Shown here piece after piece: positions 38,381 to 48,300 of a DNA stretch of 64,000 nucleotides (positions are counted from its first letter, which is position 1; every line of letters starts with the position of its first letter). Location of the stretch: NCBI GenBank assembly GCA_016795425.1, contig JAEUHG010000165.1:21024-85023 (forward strand), read 5' to 3'. A model generated the notes under the pieces. That model was not told where the DNA came from. It saw nothing but the letters and a program-made list of their open reading frames with translations, and did not search any database. A program made the translations under genes and the position numbers. The stretch is from Verrucomicrobiales bacterium (lineage in GTDB: Bacteria > Verrucomicrobiota > Verrucomicrobiia > Limisphaerales > CAIMTB01).

Positions 38381-39211
38381 ATGCCCAACCCATTGGTCCA
38401 AGAGTGCATCGCGCGAATCCGCCAACGCTGCCCCCAGGTTCCCGACCTCGGCATCGTCCTGGGCAGCGGATTCGCCGAGGTCTCCTCCCAAGTCGACGTG
38501 GCGGCCGACTGGTCCTATGGGGATTTGCCCGGGTTCGCCAAGGCATCGGTGCCGGGCCACGCTGGCCGTCTGCTGCTGGGCCGGCTGGCAGGCGTGGCGG
38601 TGGCGGTGTTCGCCGGCCGCGCCCACTACTACGAGGGTCACGGTTTTGACCTCATCACGCATCCCGTCCGAGTGTTGTCCGAACTGGGCGCCCGTAGCCT
38701 TCTGCTGACCAATGCCGCGGGTGGCATTCGGTCCGGACTGAAGCCCGGCGACCTGGTGGTCATTCAGGATCACCTGAATTGGATGGGGACCAACCCGCTG
38801 CGCGGCGGCGCGTTGCCTGAAGGGTTCGTCGACCTAACGGAAGTCTACGACGCCGGTCTTCGGCAGATGCTGCACGCGGCCGCTGCGACCCTGGGATGCG
38901 TCCTACCGGAGGGAGTCTATGCGGCGGTGAGCGGGCCGAGCTATGAGACACCCGCCGAAATCCGGGCGCTCGCTCGCCTCGGTGCGGACCTGGTGGGCAT
39001 GAGCACGGTTCCCGAAGCCATCGTGGCGCGGCAATGCGGTCTGAAAGTGGCCGCGCTCTCGTGCGTGACGAACCTGGCTGCCGGTCTGGGAGGACGCATC
39101 TCTCACACGGAGGTACTCGCTCACGGGCGGCGGCTGGGCCCGTTGGCGGCGAGCCTGCTGAACGCCTTCTGCCAACAGTATTCCCGGACGGTGTTGTCGG
39201 GTCAGCCTTGA
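38381..39211 (+). CDS. punA: Purine nucleoside phosphorylase (trimeric PNP/MTAP family)
   Basis: Supporting motifs are GIVLGSGF, VPGHAGRLLLGRLAGVAVAVFAGRAHYYEG, LLTNAAGG, SGPSYETPAE and VGMSTVPE. Confidence 0.85.
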   Translation: MPNPLVQECIARIRQRCPQVPDLGIVLGSGFAEVSSQVDVAADWSYGDLPGFAKASVPGHAGRLLLGRLAGVAVAVFAGRAHYYEGHGFDLITHPVRVLSELGARSLLLTNAAGGIRSGLKPGDLVVIQDHLNWMGTNPLRGGALPEGFVDLTEVYDAGLRQMLHAAAATLGCVLPEGVYAAVSGPSYETPAEIRALARLGADLVGMSTVPEAIVARQCGLKVAALSCVTNLAAGLGGRISHTEVLAHGRRLGPLAASLLNAFCQQYSRTVLSGQP

Positions 39212-39228
39212 TCCACTCACGCCTCCCA

Positions 39229-40083
39229 TCAGGCGTCCAGATCTTCGCGGACGATCTTCAGATCCACGGTCATCTGCTGGGACGCGCGCCCTTTGAAATT
39301 GCCGCGGATCGGCGCGGCATCGGCGTAGTCGCGACCCACCGCCATTTTGACATGGTGCTGATCCACGGGGCAGTTGTTGGTGGGATCCAGGCCCAGCCAT
39401 CCATGTCCGGGCAGGTACACCTCGACCCAAGCGTGCGAGGCGAGTTCGCCGCGAAGATTCTCACCGGGCTTCACATAAAGGTACCCGCTGACATATCGGG
39501 CCGGGATGCCGGAAATGCGGCACAACCCGATCATGATATGGGCAAAGTCCTGGCAGACCCCGCGTTTGAGGGCCAGCACCTCAAGCAGCCGGGTGTGGAC
39601 CGTGGTGGCGGCAGGATCATAAGTGAACTCGCGGTAGACATGGTGCAGCATCGCAAGCGCCAAGCCCCAGGCATCGTCGTGCCCCATTCCGACATCCTGC
39701 GCCATGCGCCAGACCTCGACGTCCTGGGCCACATACTCGCTGCGCTGCAGAAAATCGTAACACCGCTCCAACCGCAGGCATTCACCCAGCCGCGACCTGG
39801 GAAAAGACACGCCCTCCAGGCGTCGCGGGTCGCGCAGCGTGGTGACCACGGAGCGCGCCTCGATCTCGAGGGATTCGTGCGGTTCCCCGATATAGAAGTG
39901 GTCCACCAGGTTCAAGTGGAAGTCGTGATAGCGCCGCAGGGAAGCCACCGGGCTGGTCTTCAATTCGTAATGGTGGCATTCCTGGCCGTCGTCCGAAACG
40001 GGCTGAAGCCGCACTTCGTTGAAGTTCTCCGAGACCGGCGATGAGTACCGGTAGCGAGTGCGATGGACGATGTTCAGTCGCAT
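39229..40083 (-). CDS. Transglutaminase-family protein (Bact_transglu_N + transglutaminase core)
   Basis: The start is MRLNIVHRTRYRYSSPV (ATG 40083); the ORF opens at 40167. The Cys-His-Asp set is GVCQDFAH, ASHAWVEVY and LGLDPTN. Confidence 0.9.
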   Translation of the reverse strand: MRLNIVHRTRYRYSSPVSENFNEVRLQPVSDDGQECHHYELKTSPVASLRRYHDFHLNLVDHFYIGEPHESLEIEARSVVTTLRDPRRLEGVSFPRSRLGECLRLERCYDFLQRSEYVAQDVEVWRMAQDVGMGHDDAWGLALAMLHHVYREFTYDPAATTVHTRLLEVLALKRGVCQDFAHIMIGLCRISGIPARYVSGYLYVKPGENLRGELASHAWVEVYLPGHGWLGLDPTNNCPVDQHHVKMAVGRDYADAAPIRGNFKGRASQQMTVDLKIVREDLDA

Positions 40084-40181
40084 GATCCCCCCCAGGGGCA
40101 GCAAAGGTTGCCGCACTCGGCCGCTGGACCGCATCCGAAATCCGCACGAAAATTCCCGTCCACCCACCGCTCGTCAGTCGG

Positions 40182-41054
40182 TCATAGCGGGGTGACCTCG
40201 ACGGCGACATTCACGCGGTGTTTGCCGCCACCGACAATGATGCCGCTCACCGGGCTCACTTCGGAGAAATCCCGACCGTAGGCCACCGTGATATGCTCGA
40301 ACTCGGGCATCAGGTTGTTGGTCGGATCGAAGTCCACCCAGCCGTAGCCCGGACAATAGACCGAGAGCCAGGCGTGCGAGGCGTCCGCGCCCACGAGCTG
40401 TTTGGCTTCCTCGGAACGATAGGTGCGCAAATAGCCGCTGACATACCGCGCCGCGAGACCGATGGACCGCAGGCAGCCCAGGGCCAGGTGGGTAAAATCC
40501 TGGCAAACACCGCGGCGCCGCTCGAGCACTTCCTCCAGCGGCGTCGCCACCGTCGTGGCTTCGGCGTCGAAGGTGAACTCCTCGTGGATCCGCCGGTTCA
40601 AATCGAGCATCGCCTCCAATAACGGACGGCCCGCGGTAAAACTTGTGGCGGCATAGGCGGCGAGTTCCGGGGAGGGGCGCACGTGCGGCGATTCGAACAC
40701 GAATTGGTGCGCCTCGAGCGTTTCGGAACTCACCGGTTCCCGGAGCATCGTCACCACCTCGCTCCAGGGAGGACTCTGTTCCGGCGAGGGCGGCAAACCC
40801 GGCATGAGCCGCACGACGCTCTCCGCTTCGATTTCCAGACTCGCATGGAGTTCCTGGACACTGAAGAAGCAGACCCGATTGCCGAAGTAATCGGACCGCA
40901 TCTTGCGGACCGCCGGCTTGGGTGAGATCCGCAGATCCCAGCCTTCGCGATGCTGCACCGGCGTCGTCCTGGGCTTCACCCGGGCCGCATGGTGCGACAC
41001 CGTCACCGGCTCGCTGTACTCGTAGATCGTCCGATGGCGGATCCGGTAGTTCAT
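40182..41054 (-). CDS. Transglutaminase-family protein (Bact_transglu_N + transglutaminase core)
   Basis: It starts MNYRIRHRTIYEYSEPV. The catalytic set is GVCQDFTH, ASHAWLSVY and VDFDPTN. The start overlaps the upstream gene's stop by 4 nt. Confidence 0.9.
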   Translation of the reverse strand: MNYRIRHRTIYEYSEPVTVSHHAARVKPRTTPVQHREGWDLRISPKPAVRKMRSDYFGNRVCFFSVQELHASLEIEAESVVRLMPGLPPSPEQSPPWSEVVTMLREPVSSETLEAHQFVFESPHVRPSPELAAYAATSFTAGRPLLEAMLDLNRRIHEEFTFDAEATTVATPLEEVLERRRGVCQDFTHLALGCLRSIGLAARYVSGYLRTYRSEEAKQLVGADASHAWLSVYCPGYGWVDFDPTNNLMPEFEHITVAYGRDFSEVSPVSGIIVGGGKHRVNVAVEVTPL

Positions 41055-43636
41055 GCAACCCCTTCGCCGGTGCGCGACGTGGTCGAGTGCGCAAAATAAC
41101 TTACGGCAATCGCGTCGGACAGGCGCGGCAAGTCCCGCAAGGTCTGCTCAATCGCGACCCCGATCTCGCTTTCCCGCCACCGACCGCCCATGCCCGCCAA
41201 GGGCCGCGGATCCGCGAGCCGAACCCGCGTCGAGCATTCGATCAGGCATCGGTAGGCCGGACTGGGCAGCGCGGACTGCTTCTCGCGCGGCAGGCGCTCG
41301 AAGTGCTTCACCAACTGGTTCAACTGGAACAGCAGGGACCTCGGATTGGTGTCGTCCAGAACCACCAGGTCGTAGACCGCCGCGATGTTCGGCAGAAGGT
41401 TGTAGCGCGAGCGATAGGTGATGGTGCTGTCAGCGACATCCAGAACCGACTCGAGAACACTCGGATTATCCGCTTCCGCGGAACGCAGCGCGCAATCGAG
41501 AAAGGTGGAGAGGTAGATGCAACGTTCGATGCGCACCCCCATGTCCAGGAAGCGCCAGCCTTGGGCGCGGGTCATGTTCTCACGCGCCATGCCATGGAAC
41601 GACGCCAACCCGAGGATGGTCTGGTTCAACACCCCGACGGCATCCCCGGCGAGGATGACCTTTCCGGTCGCGGGAATCGTCACGCGATCGTCGATCGTGC
41701 TCAGGACCCGCCAGAGATCGTTGGAGGTCCGATCCCGCACGAGCGTCGCCAGATGCTGCAATTGCCCCGCGAGATGCCGCAGGCTGCCCCGGCGATCCGG
41801 GCTGAAGATCGCCGCCAACAACTCGGCTTCGAGTGCTTCGGGATTCGCGCGCAGGTCGGGGCGTTCAGCCAATCCCTCCAACTGCCCTTGCGCCGACAGC
41901 GCGCTCAGCAACGGATCGAGCAACGGCGCCGAACTGCCGGTGCTTTCCGGACTGAAACGAACCAGCGTCGCCCGCAACAGCCGCGCGGTGGCGTCCGCTC
42001 GTTCGCAGTAGCGTCCCAGCCAATAGTAATTGTCGGCGAGGCGGCTCGGCAGATTGTTGCCGACGCGGCGCAGTTCGACGGACTGGGCGCCGGCCTGGAG
42101 CAGGCTGACCTCCTCGATGGGGCCATCCGCCAGAACCCACGTGTCCTTGCTGGACCCACCCAACTGCATGGAGATGAATCGCGCTCCTGGCTCGGGCGTC
42201 ACCCGCGTCAATCCGCCCGGCATGACGCGATACGAGTCGCCGCTGGCCACCAGGTAGCAACGCACCGCGACGGGATGGGGCACCACCCGGCCGCCATCCC
42301 AACTGGGCGCCGTCGCCAGTTCGACACGCTCCTGGGCGATGAAGGCATGGGGCTGAAAGGCGACCAAACGCCGCACTTGGTCGCGTTGGGCCTCGGTGGG
42401 TTTGCCGGCGAATTCAGGAAGGCGCGGTCCGGAGCGCAAAGCCGGCCGAACCACGAGGCGATCCAGGTGATCCAGCACGTGCGCCAGTTCTCCCGGCTGG
42501 CCGCACCACCAGGTGGCCACGGACGGCAGCTTCAACTCCTCGCCCAGCAGGTCACGGCAAAGTCCGGGCAGGAACGCCATCAGCGCCGGGCTCTGCACCA
42601 GGCCGGTGCCCAATGAGTTCGCCACCGCCACGTTACCCGCCCGCAACGCTTCGACCAGGCCGGGAACGCCCAGCGACGAATCATTGCGCAATTCCAGCGG
42701 ATCGCACCAATCGTCGTCCACACGACGCAGAATCACATCGACTGGCTCCAGGCCGCTCAGGGTTTTCAGCCAGACCCGGTCATCGCGCACCGTGAGATCC
42801 TGGCCCTCGACCAAGGAATAGCCGAGGTACCGCGCCAGCCACGCCTGTTCGAAGTAGGTCTCATTGTAAGGACCGGGCGTCAGCAGCACCACCCGCGGAT
42901 CCTCCACACGCCGGGGTGACAAGGCCGCGAGGGTGGATCGCAATTCCCGAAAATACGGCGCCAATCGCTGGACCTGGCAGGCGCGAAAGGCCTCGGGCAG
43001 AACGCGCGAGGTCACCAGGCGGTTGGCCAGAGCATAGCCGGAGCCCGTGGGAATCTGGGTGCGATCCGAAATCACCCACCACCGGCCATCGGGGGAGCGC
43101 CCCAGGTCGGCGGCGTAGAAATGCAACAGCCGCCCGTCCGACGGCGTGATGCCGTGGCAAGGCCGGAGAAAATCCGGTTGGGCGAAGACCAGGGCCGGCG
43201 GCAACCCGGAATTCCGGATCAGCAACTGGTCGCCGTAACAATCCGCCAGAATGCGATTCAACAACTGGGCCCGCTGGATGAGGCCGGCTTCGAGCCGTCG
43301 CCATTCCTCGGCGGCGATGACAAACGGCAACGGATCCAGCCCCCACGGACGCTCCATGCCCCGGGGATCGCCGTAGACATTATACGTGATGCCCTGTTCG
43401 TGGATGATCCGTTGCGCGGTTTCCGCCCGGCGGCGCATCTCCGAGGTATCCAACTCGTTCAATTCACGGAACAACGAGCGATACGCGGCGCGTTCTTCGC
43501 CATCCGCGGTCATGGCCTCGTCAAAGACCCCTCGAAGCGGCCGGTAGCCAGCCAACCAGGTCTCCGGCGGGGCTTCGACCGTCGTCGCGGGATCGACCTT
43601 CGGGGCGGCCGGACTTTTTGCGTTGGCTTGGGTCAT
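41051..43636 (-). CDS. Fusion protein: circularly permuted type-2 ATP-grasp domain + alpha-E domain
   Basis: The N-terminal half is collinear with the stand-alone ATP-grasp at 51309..52784 (QGITYNVYGD...PFVIAAEEWRRLEAGLIQRAQLLNRIL). The C-terminal half starts with PSRLADNYYWLGRYCERADATARLL, the alpha-E signature (compare SRVANSLYWMSRYIERAENTARIV at 50295..51296). Confidence 0.9.
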   Translation of the reverse strand: MTQANAKSPAAPKVDPATTVEAPPETWLAGYRPLRGVFDEAMTADGEERAAYRSLFRELNELDTSEMRRRAETAQRIIHEQGITYNVYGDPRGMERPWGLDPLPFVIAAEEWRRLEAGLIQRAQLLNRILADCYGDQLLIRNSGLPPALVFAQPDFLRPCHGITPSDGRLLHFYAADLGRSPDGRWWVISDRTQIPTGSGYALANRLVTSRVLPEAFRACQVQRLAPYFRELRSTLAALSPRRVEDPRVVLLTPGPYNETYFEQAWLARYLGYSLVEGQDLTVRDDRVWLKTLSGLEPVDVILRRVDDDWCDPLELRNDSSLGVPGLVEALRAGNVAVANSLGTGLVQSPALMAFLPGLCRDLLGEELKLPSVATWWCGQPGELAHVLDHLDRLVVRPALRSGPRLPEFAGKPTEAQRDQVRRLVAFQPHAFIAQERVELATAPSWDGGRVVPHPVAVRCYLVASGDSYRVMPGGLTRVTPEPGARFISMQLGGSSKDTWVLADGPIEEVSLLQAGAQSVELRRVGNNLPSRLADNYYWLGRYCERADATARLLRATLVRFSPESTGSSAPLLDPLLSALSAQGQLEGLAERPDLRANPEALEAELLAAIFSPDRRGSLRHLAGQLQHLATLVRDRTSNDLWRVLSTIDDRVTIPATGKVILAGDAVGVLNQTILGLASFHGMARENMTRAQGWRFLDMGVRIERCIYLSTFLDCALRSAEADNPSVLESVLDVADSTITYRSRYNLLPNIAAVYDLVVLDDTNPRSLLFQLNQLVKHFERLPREKQSALPSPAYRCLIECSTRVRLADPRPLAGMGGRWRESEIGVAIEQTLRDLPRLSDAIAVSYFAHSTTSRTGEGVA

Positions 43637-43680
43637 CAGCGCAGACGAAGTCTAACGCCAGCCGAGGCCCGGTTGGAAGA

Positions 43681-43710
43681 GGCGTATCCAGAAACGGCGT
43701 ATCCAGAAAT
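43681..43710. repeat. Tandem direct repeat, 2 x 15 bp (GGCGTATCCAGAAA + 1 nt)
   Basis: GGCGTATCCAGAAAc GGCGTATCCAGAAAt lies 45-74 nt upstream of the ATP-grasp/alpha-E fusion start, in the 318-bp divergent intergenic region shared with the porin gene. Confidence 0.9.
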
Positions 43711-43954
43711 CCGATCGGACAGGGACCCGGGAAAACCAATCTCGGTGGATTAGGTTTTTCGTCGGCCTGCCGATACTCAAGATGACGAGGCGAGCGCTTC
43801 GATCCCCGATGAGAACCCGGTTCGACAGACCCAAACCCTACGCCGGTTGGCGTTTTCTGGGACACCCTTGTGGCGATTCCCTCGTGGGCCTACTGCCGAC
43901 CACTCAGAACCCGGATCGAACGCTCGCCATCGATCTTCTACGTCGTTGGCCATC

Positions 43955-45346
43955 ATGGGCAGTCGTTTCATAACACCCTTCTCCCACCTTTCCCGGAATC
44001 TCTGTTCATTGCTGGCCGGCTCGCTGACCGCAACCGCGGATCTTCCCAGTCCACCGCCACAAGCGCCGCTGACGATTCATCCTGGCGGCGGCAATCCTGT
44101 CGCCGAGGCCGAGGTCAATCCACACCTCCTGCCGGACTCCATCACCTTTCATTCGTCGCTGAACCAGCACGGCATCGACTACTCGGTAGGTTACGCCGTT
44201 GAGGTATTGGGAAATACCTCGGGCGGATTCGATCGCGGGGCGGTAGCCGAGGGGCTGCTCAAACTGCAACTGGATCTCGATACGGAAGGCCTGGAGCTCT
44301 GGACCGGCGGTCAGTTCCATGCCTCGGCCCTCTATTCGCACGGCGACAGTCTGAGCCAGCGCTTTACCGGCGATCTGTTCACGTTCAGCAACATCGATGC
44401 GCCCGACGCCCTGCGCCTCTTCGAATTCTGGTACGAGCATGCGGTGGTTCCCGATCGACTGTCGCTGCGGATCGGACAGTTGGCCGCCGATGAGGAATTC
44501 GCCGGCACTGAGCACGGATGCCTGTTCATCAATGGCACCTGCGGTTGGCCAGGATTGCTGGCACTCAACGTCCCCTCTCCGGCCTACCCGGTCGGAACCT
44601 TGGGCGCCCGGCTCCAACTCTCCCTCGACCAGGGCTGGATTCTTCGCGGCGCGGTCTACAACGGGGATCCCTATCCGATCGGCGACGATGGCCGTCCGGA
44701 GAACGGGCACGGAACCCACTTCAGCTGGCGCGACACTCTTTCCCTCGTCGAGGTGCAGAAGCTCTGGAATGACGGACCCGAGGCGACCGGCCTTCCGGGC
44801 GGGGCCAAAGTCGGTGGCTGGTACCATTCCGGCCTCTTCGAACACCCGCGCTATGATTCCCAAGGCTTGTCCTTGGCAGACCCGGGTTCCAGCGGTGATC
44901 CCCAATGGAATCGTGGACACTGGGGGGCCTATGTCGCCGTCGACCAGCAAGTGTGGCGCGAGAGTGCGGAAAGCCCGGATCAGGGCCTGGGACTCTTTTC
45001 GCGCCTTGGAATCGCTCCCGCCGATCGCAGCGTTCTCGAGTACTACCTGGAAGGTGGCCTCACCTACACCGGACTGATTCCCGGGCGAGACGCCGACGGC
45101 CTTGGGGTCGCGGTGGTTTATGGCCGCATGAGCCGCCACGCTCGCGCGCTCGCCGCCGATGCCAACGCCTTCGCCGGAACCGACGATCCATTGCCCGACT
45201 TCGAAATGGTGGTGGAGTCAACCTACGCGATCCAAATCAGTCCGGCGCTGACGGTTCAGCCGGTTCTCTCCTACTTGATCCACCCGGGTGGATTTCCCGG
45301 GAATGACGCGTTGGTCCTTGGTCTCCGAGCGACCATGGACTTCTGA
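43955..45346 (+). CDS. OprB-family carbohydrate-selective porin
   Basis: The likely start is MGSRFITPFSHL (ATG 43955). OprB-like blocks are LKLQLDLDTEGL..W.GG.FHASALYSHG, LRLFEFWYE and LSLRIGQLAADEEF. The C-terminal beta-signature ends in F (ATMDF). Confidence 0.8.
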   Translation: MGSRFITPFSHLSRNLCSLLAGSLTATADLPSPPPQAPLTIHPGGGNPVAEAEVNPHLLPDSITFHSSLNQHGIDYSVGYAVEVLGNTSGGFDRGAVAEGLLKLQLDLDTEGLELWTGGQFHASALYSHGDSLSQRFTGDLFTFSNIDAPDALRLFEFWYEHAVVPDRLSLRIGQLAADEEFAGTEHGCLFINGTCGWPGLLALNVPSPAYPVGTLGARLQLSLDQGWILRGAVYNGDPYPIGDDGRPENGHGTHFSWRDTLSLVEVQKLWNDGPEATGLPGGAKVGGWYHSGLFEHPRYDSQGLSLADPGSSGDPQWNRGHWGAYVAVDQQVWRESAESPDQGLGLFSRLGIAPADRSVLEYYLEGGLTYTGLIPGRDADGLGVAVVYGRMSRHARALAADANAFAGTDDPLPDFEMVVESTYAIQISPALTVQPVLSYLIHPGGFPGNDALVLGLRATMDF

Positions 45347-45360
45347 CCGGCCGCTTCCGG

Positions 45361-48300
45361 TCAGGCTCGGCGCAGGTCGAGAGTGAACGGATAGTCCGGA
45401 TCGTCCTCCAGTTTGGCCGGCTTCAGCGTTCCGATCGAATGCCCGTGGCGGAAGAACCGCGCCAAGCGGCGACTCTCGGCCTCGTAGGCATTGACTGGAA
45501 ACGTGGTATAGTTGCGTCCGCCGGGATGCATGACGTGATAAGTGCATCCGCCGATGCTGCGTCCGTTCCATTGATCCACCACATCGAACACCAACGGGGT
45601 GTGGACGCCGATGGTGGGATGGAGGCAGTTCGGCGGTTGCCAAGCCCGATACCGGACTCCCGCGACCGCCTCACCGTTGGTGCCGGTAGGATGCAACGGC
45701 AGCAGCACTCCGTTCACCGCCACCGCATGCCGCGAATCGACCATGCCGCGCACCTTGACCTGGATACGCTCGAGGGATGAGTCGACATATCGCACGGTGC
45801 CTCCTGCCGCCCCTTCCTCGCCCAGCACATGCCACGGCTCGAGAGCCTGGCGCAACTCCAGGTGCACATTCCTCACATCCAGATCACCGAATTGAGGAAA
45901 CCGGAACTCGAGGTGTGGGGCGAACCACTCCTCCTTGAACGGATACCCATTCGCGTTCAGGTCCGCGACCACGTCCTTAATATCGTCCCAAACGAAGTGC
46001 GGCAGCATCCACCGGTCGTGAATGTCGGTTCCCCACCGCACGAGGCGGTTCTCATAGGGACGCTTCCAGAACCGTGAAATCAAGGTCCGCAACAGAAGCT
46101 GTTGGGCCAGGCTCATCCGTGCATGAGGCGGCATCTCAAACGCCCGCAACTCCAACAGACCCAGCCGTCCACTCGAACCGTCGGGTGAATACAGCTTGTC
46201 GATGCAAAACTCCGCGCGGTGCGTGTTGCCACTCGAATCCACCAGAAGATTCCGGAACAAGCGGTCCACCAGCCAAGGCTGGGCGAACCCGTACTCGGGC
46301 ACCTGTCGAAAGGCGATCTCCAACTCGCGCAACGAATCATTGCGCGCCTCGTCAACCCGCGGGTTCTGGCTGGTGGGGCCGATGAAAAGACTGCTGAACA
46401 GGAAAGATAGCGACGGATGATTCTGCCAGTAGGCCAGCAGGCTGCGCAGGAGATCCGGTCGTTTGAGGAGCGGGGACTCCTGTGGTGTCGCTCCTCCCAG
46501 CACGATGTGATTGCCGCCGCCCGTGCCGGTATGCCGGCCATCGAGCATGAATTTCTCCGTCCCCAGACGCGCCAACCGTGCCTCCTCGTAGAGCACCTCC
46601 GTGTTGCGCACCATCTCGGACCAGGATCGCGCCGGGTGGATGTTCACTTCCAGCACTCCCGGATCCGGCGTCACTTTCAACACGCTCAAACGCGGATCGT
46701 GCGGTGGGGGGTATCCCTCCAGGACGATCGGACGATCAAGTTCCGCCGCGGTCGTCTCCACCGCCGCCAGACAGTCCAGGTAGTCCTCCAAGGTCGCCAC
46801 GGGGGGCATGAAGACATAGAGACGCCCGTTTCGGGGCTCCACGCACAGGGCTGTCCGGACAATCCAGGGCGCGGACTCGTGCCGGACCGGGAACCGCAGC
46901 GCTTCTCCCGGGAGGATGGGACGTGCCGGGCCCGCGCCGGGTGATCCCTGCGGTCGCCAGCCGATGTGTGCCTCCGGGCTCGCCGGGATCGCTGCCTGAC
47001 CTCGGCCCACGAGGAACGCCTGGCGTGGCGGGAGGGCGGGACGCGGTTCCAATGGGTCCTGCGGCGTTAAGTGAGGATAATCCGCCTGCCGCACCCAGGG
47101 GACGGAGTCCAGCGGCAACCGGAATCCGATGGGTGAATCCCCGGGAAGCAGATACAGCCGTTCGGGCCGGAGGAACCACGGTCCGCTGGTCCAGGAATCC
47201 CATTGCCGCTGCAACGGAAGGATGTGGCCGATGGTCTTCTCCAATCCTTGTTCGAAGATCCGCGCTAGGCGCTTGCGGTCCTCCTCGTTCTTCAACTTGG
47301 AGTCGAACGGATCCACGTTGGTCGGGAGACGGCGTTCCTTCCAGAGATAGTACCAAGTGTCCTCAAACGCGGGCATCACCCACTTGGCGCCACAGCCGAG
47401 GTGATCCGCCAGCCGATGAATGAAGCGCTCGGAGTCGCGTTCATTGAAGCCATAATCCCGCCCGACATCGGCAAAGAGTTCCGGCCGTTCCCACGTGGGC
47501 TCGCCGTCGCCTCGCCAGTAACACGCGTAGGCCCAGCGCGGCAGCGACTCCCCGGGGTACCATTTACCCTGGCCGTAATGAAGGAACGCTCCCTCGGAAA
47601 AACGCCCCTTCAACCGTCGGATCAGGTCGTCCGCCAGTTTGGGCTTCGTGGGCCCGAGGGCGGCGGTATTCCACTCCTCGCCGTCCATGTCGTCGATGGA
47701 CACGAAAGTGGGTTCACCCCCCATGGTCAGCCGGCAGTCATAGCGGCGCAGGTCATCGTCGACCTGGTGACCGAGCCGGTCGATCTCCTGCCATTGCTCC
47801 TCGGTGTAGGGAAGCGTGACGCGGGGCGACTCGTGAATCCGCTTCACCGACATCTCGAACTTGAACTCGCACTCGCATTCGTCGACGAGTCCGGTGATCG
47901 GTGCGGCGCTCTGGGGATCCGGCGTCGCCGCCAAGGGAATATGCCCCTCCCCCGCCAGCAACCCCGAGGTGGGATCCAATCCGATCCACCCGGCGCCGGG
48001 CAGGTAGACCTCGCACCAGGCATGCAAGTCCGTGAAATCCTGTTCGGGCCCGCTGGGGCCATCGAGCGACTTCACGTCGGCGGTCAATTGGATGAGGTAT
48101 CCACTGACAAATCGAGCGGCCAATCCGTAACTGCGGAGCAACTGACAAAGCAACCACGCCGAGTCGCGACAGGAACCGCTGCCCTTCTCCAGGGTCTCCT
48201 CAGGAGACTGAACGCCTGGCTCGAGGCGGATGAGATAGCGAATGTCACGCCAGAGCCTCTGATTGAGGCCGACCAGAAAATCGATCGTCCGGGGCCGGTC

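Noticed and set aside
40922-42616. 564-aa plus-strand ORF; also 47401..48900 (499 aa), 51108..52238 (376 aa) and 62556..63719 (387 aa)
   Set aside because: They are antisense to the ATP-grasp/alpha-E fusion, the DUF2126 protein, the ATP-grasp/alpha-E genes and the PVC haem protein respectively. Their composition is R/P/G-rich and they have no motifs.
43818-43830. GGTTCGAC, resembling a tRNA T-loop
   Set aside because: No acceptor, D or anticodon arms can be built from the flanking sequence.
45344-45363. Hairpin TGACCGG-ccgctt-CCGGTCA formed by the two convergent stop codons (porin / DUF2126 gene)
   Set aside because: The stem is only 7 bp with no U-tract on either side. It may be incidental, so I do not call it a terminator.
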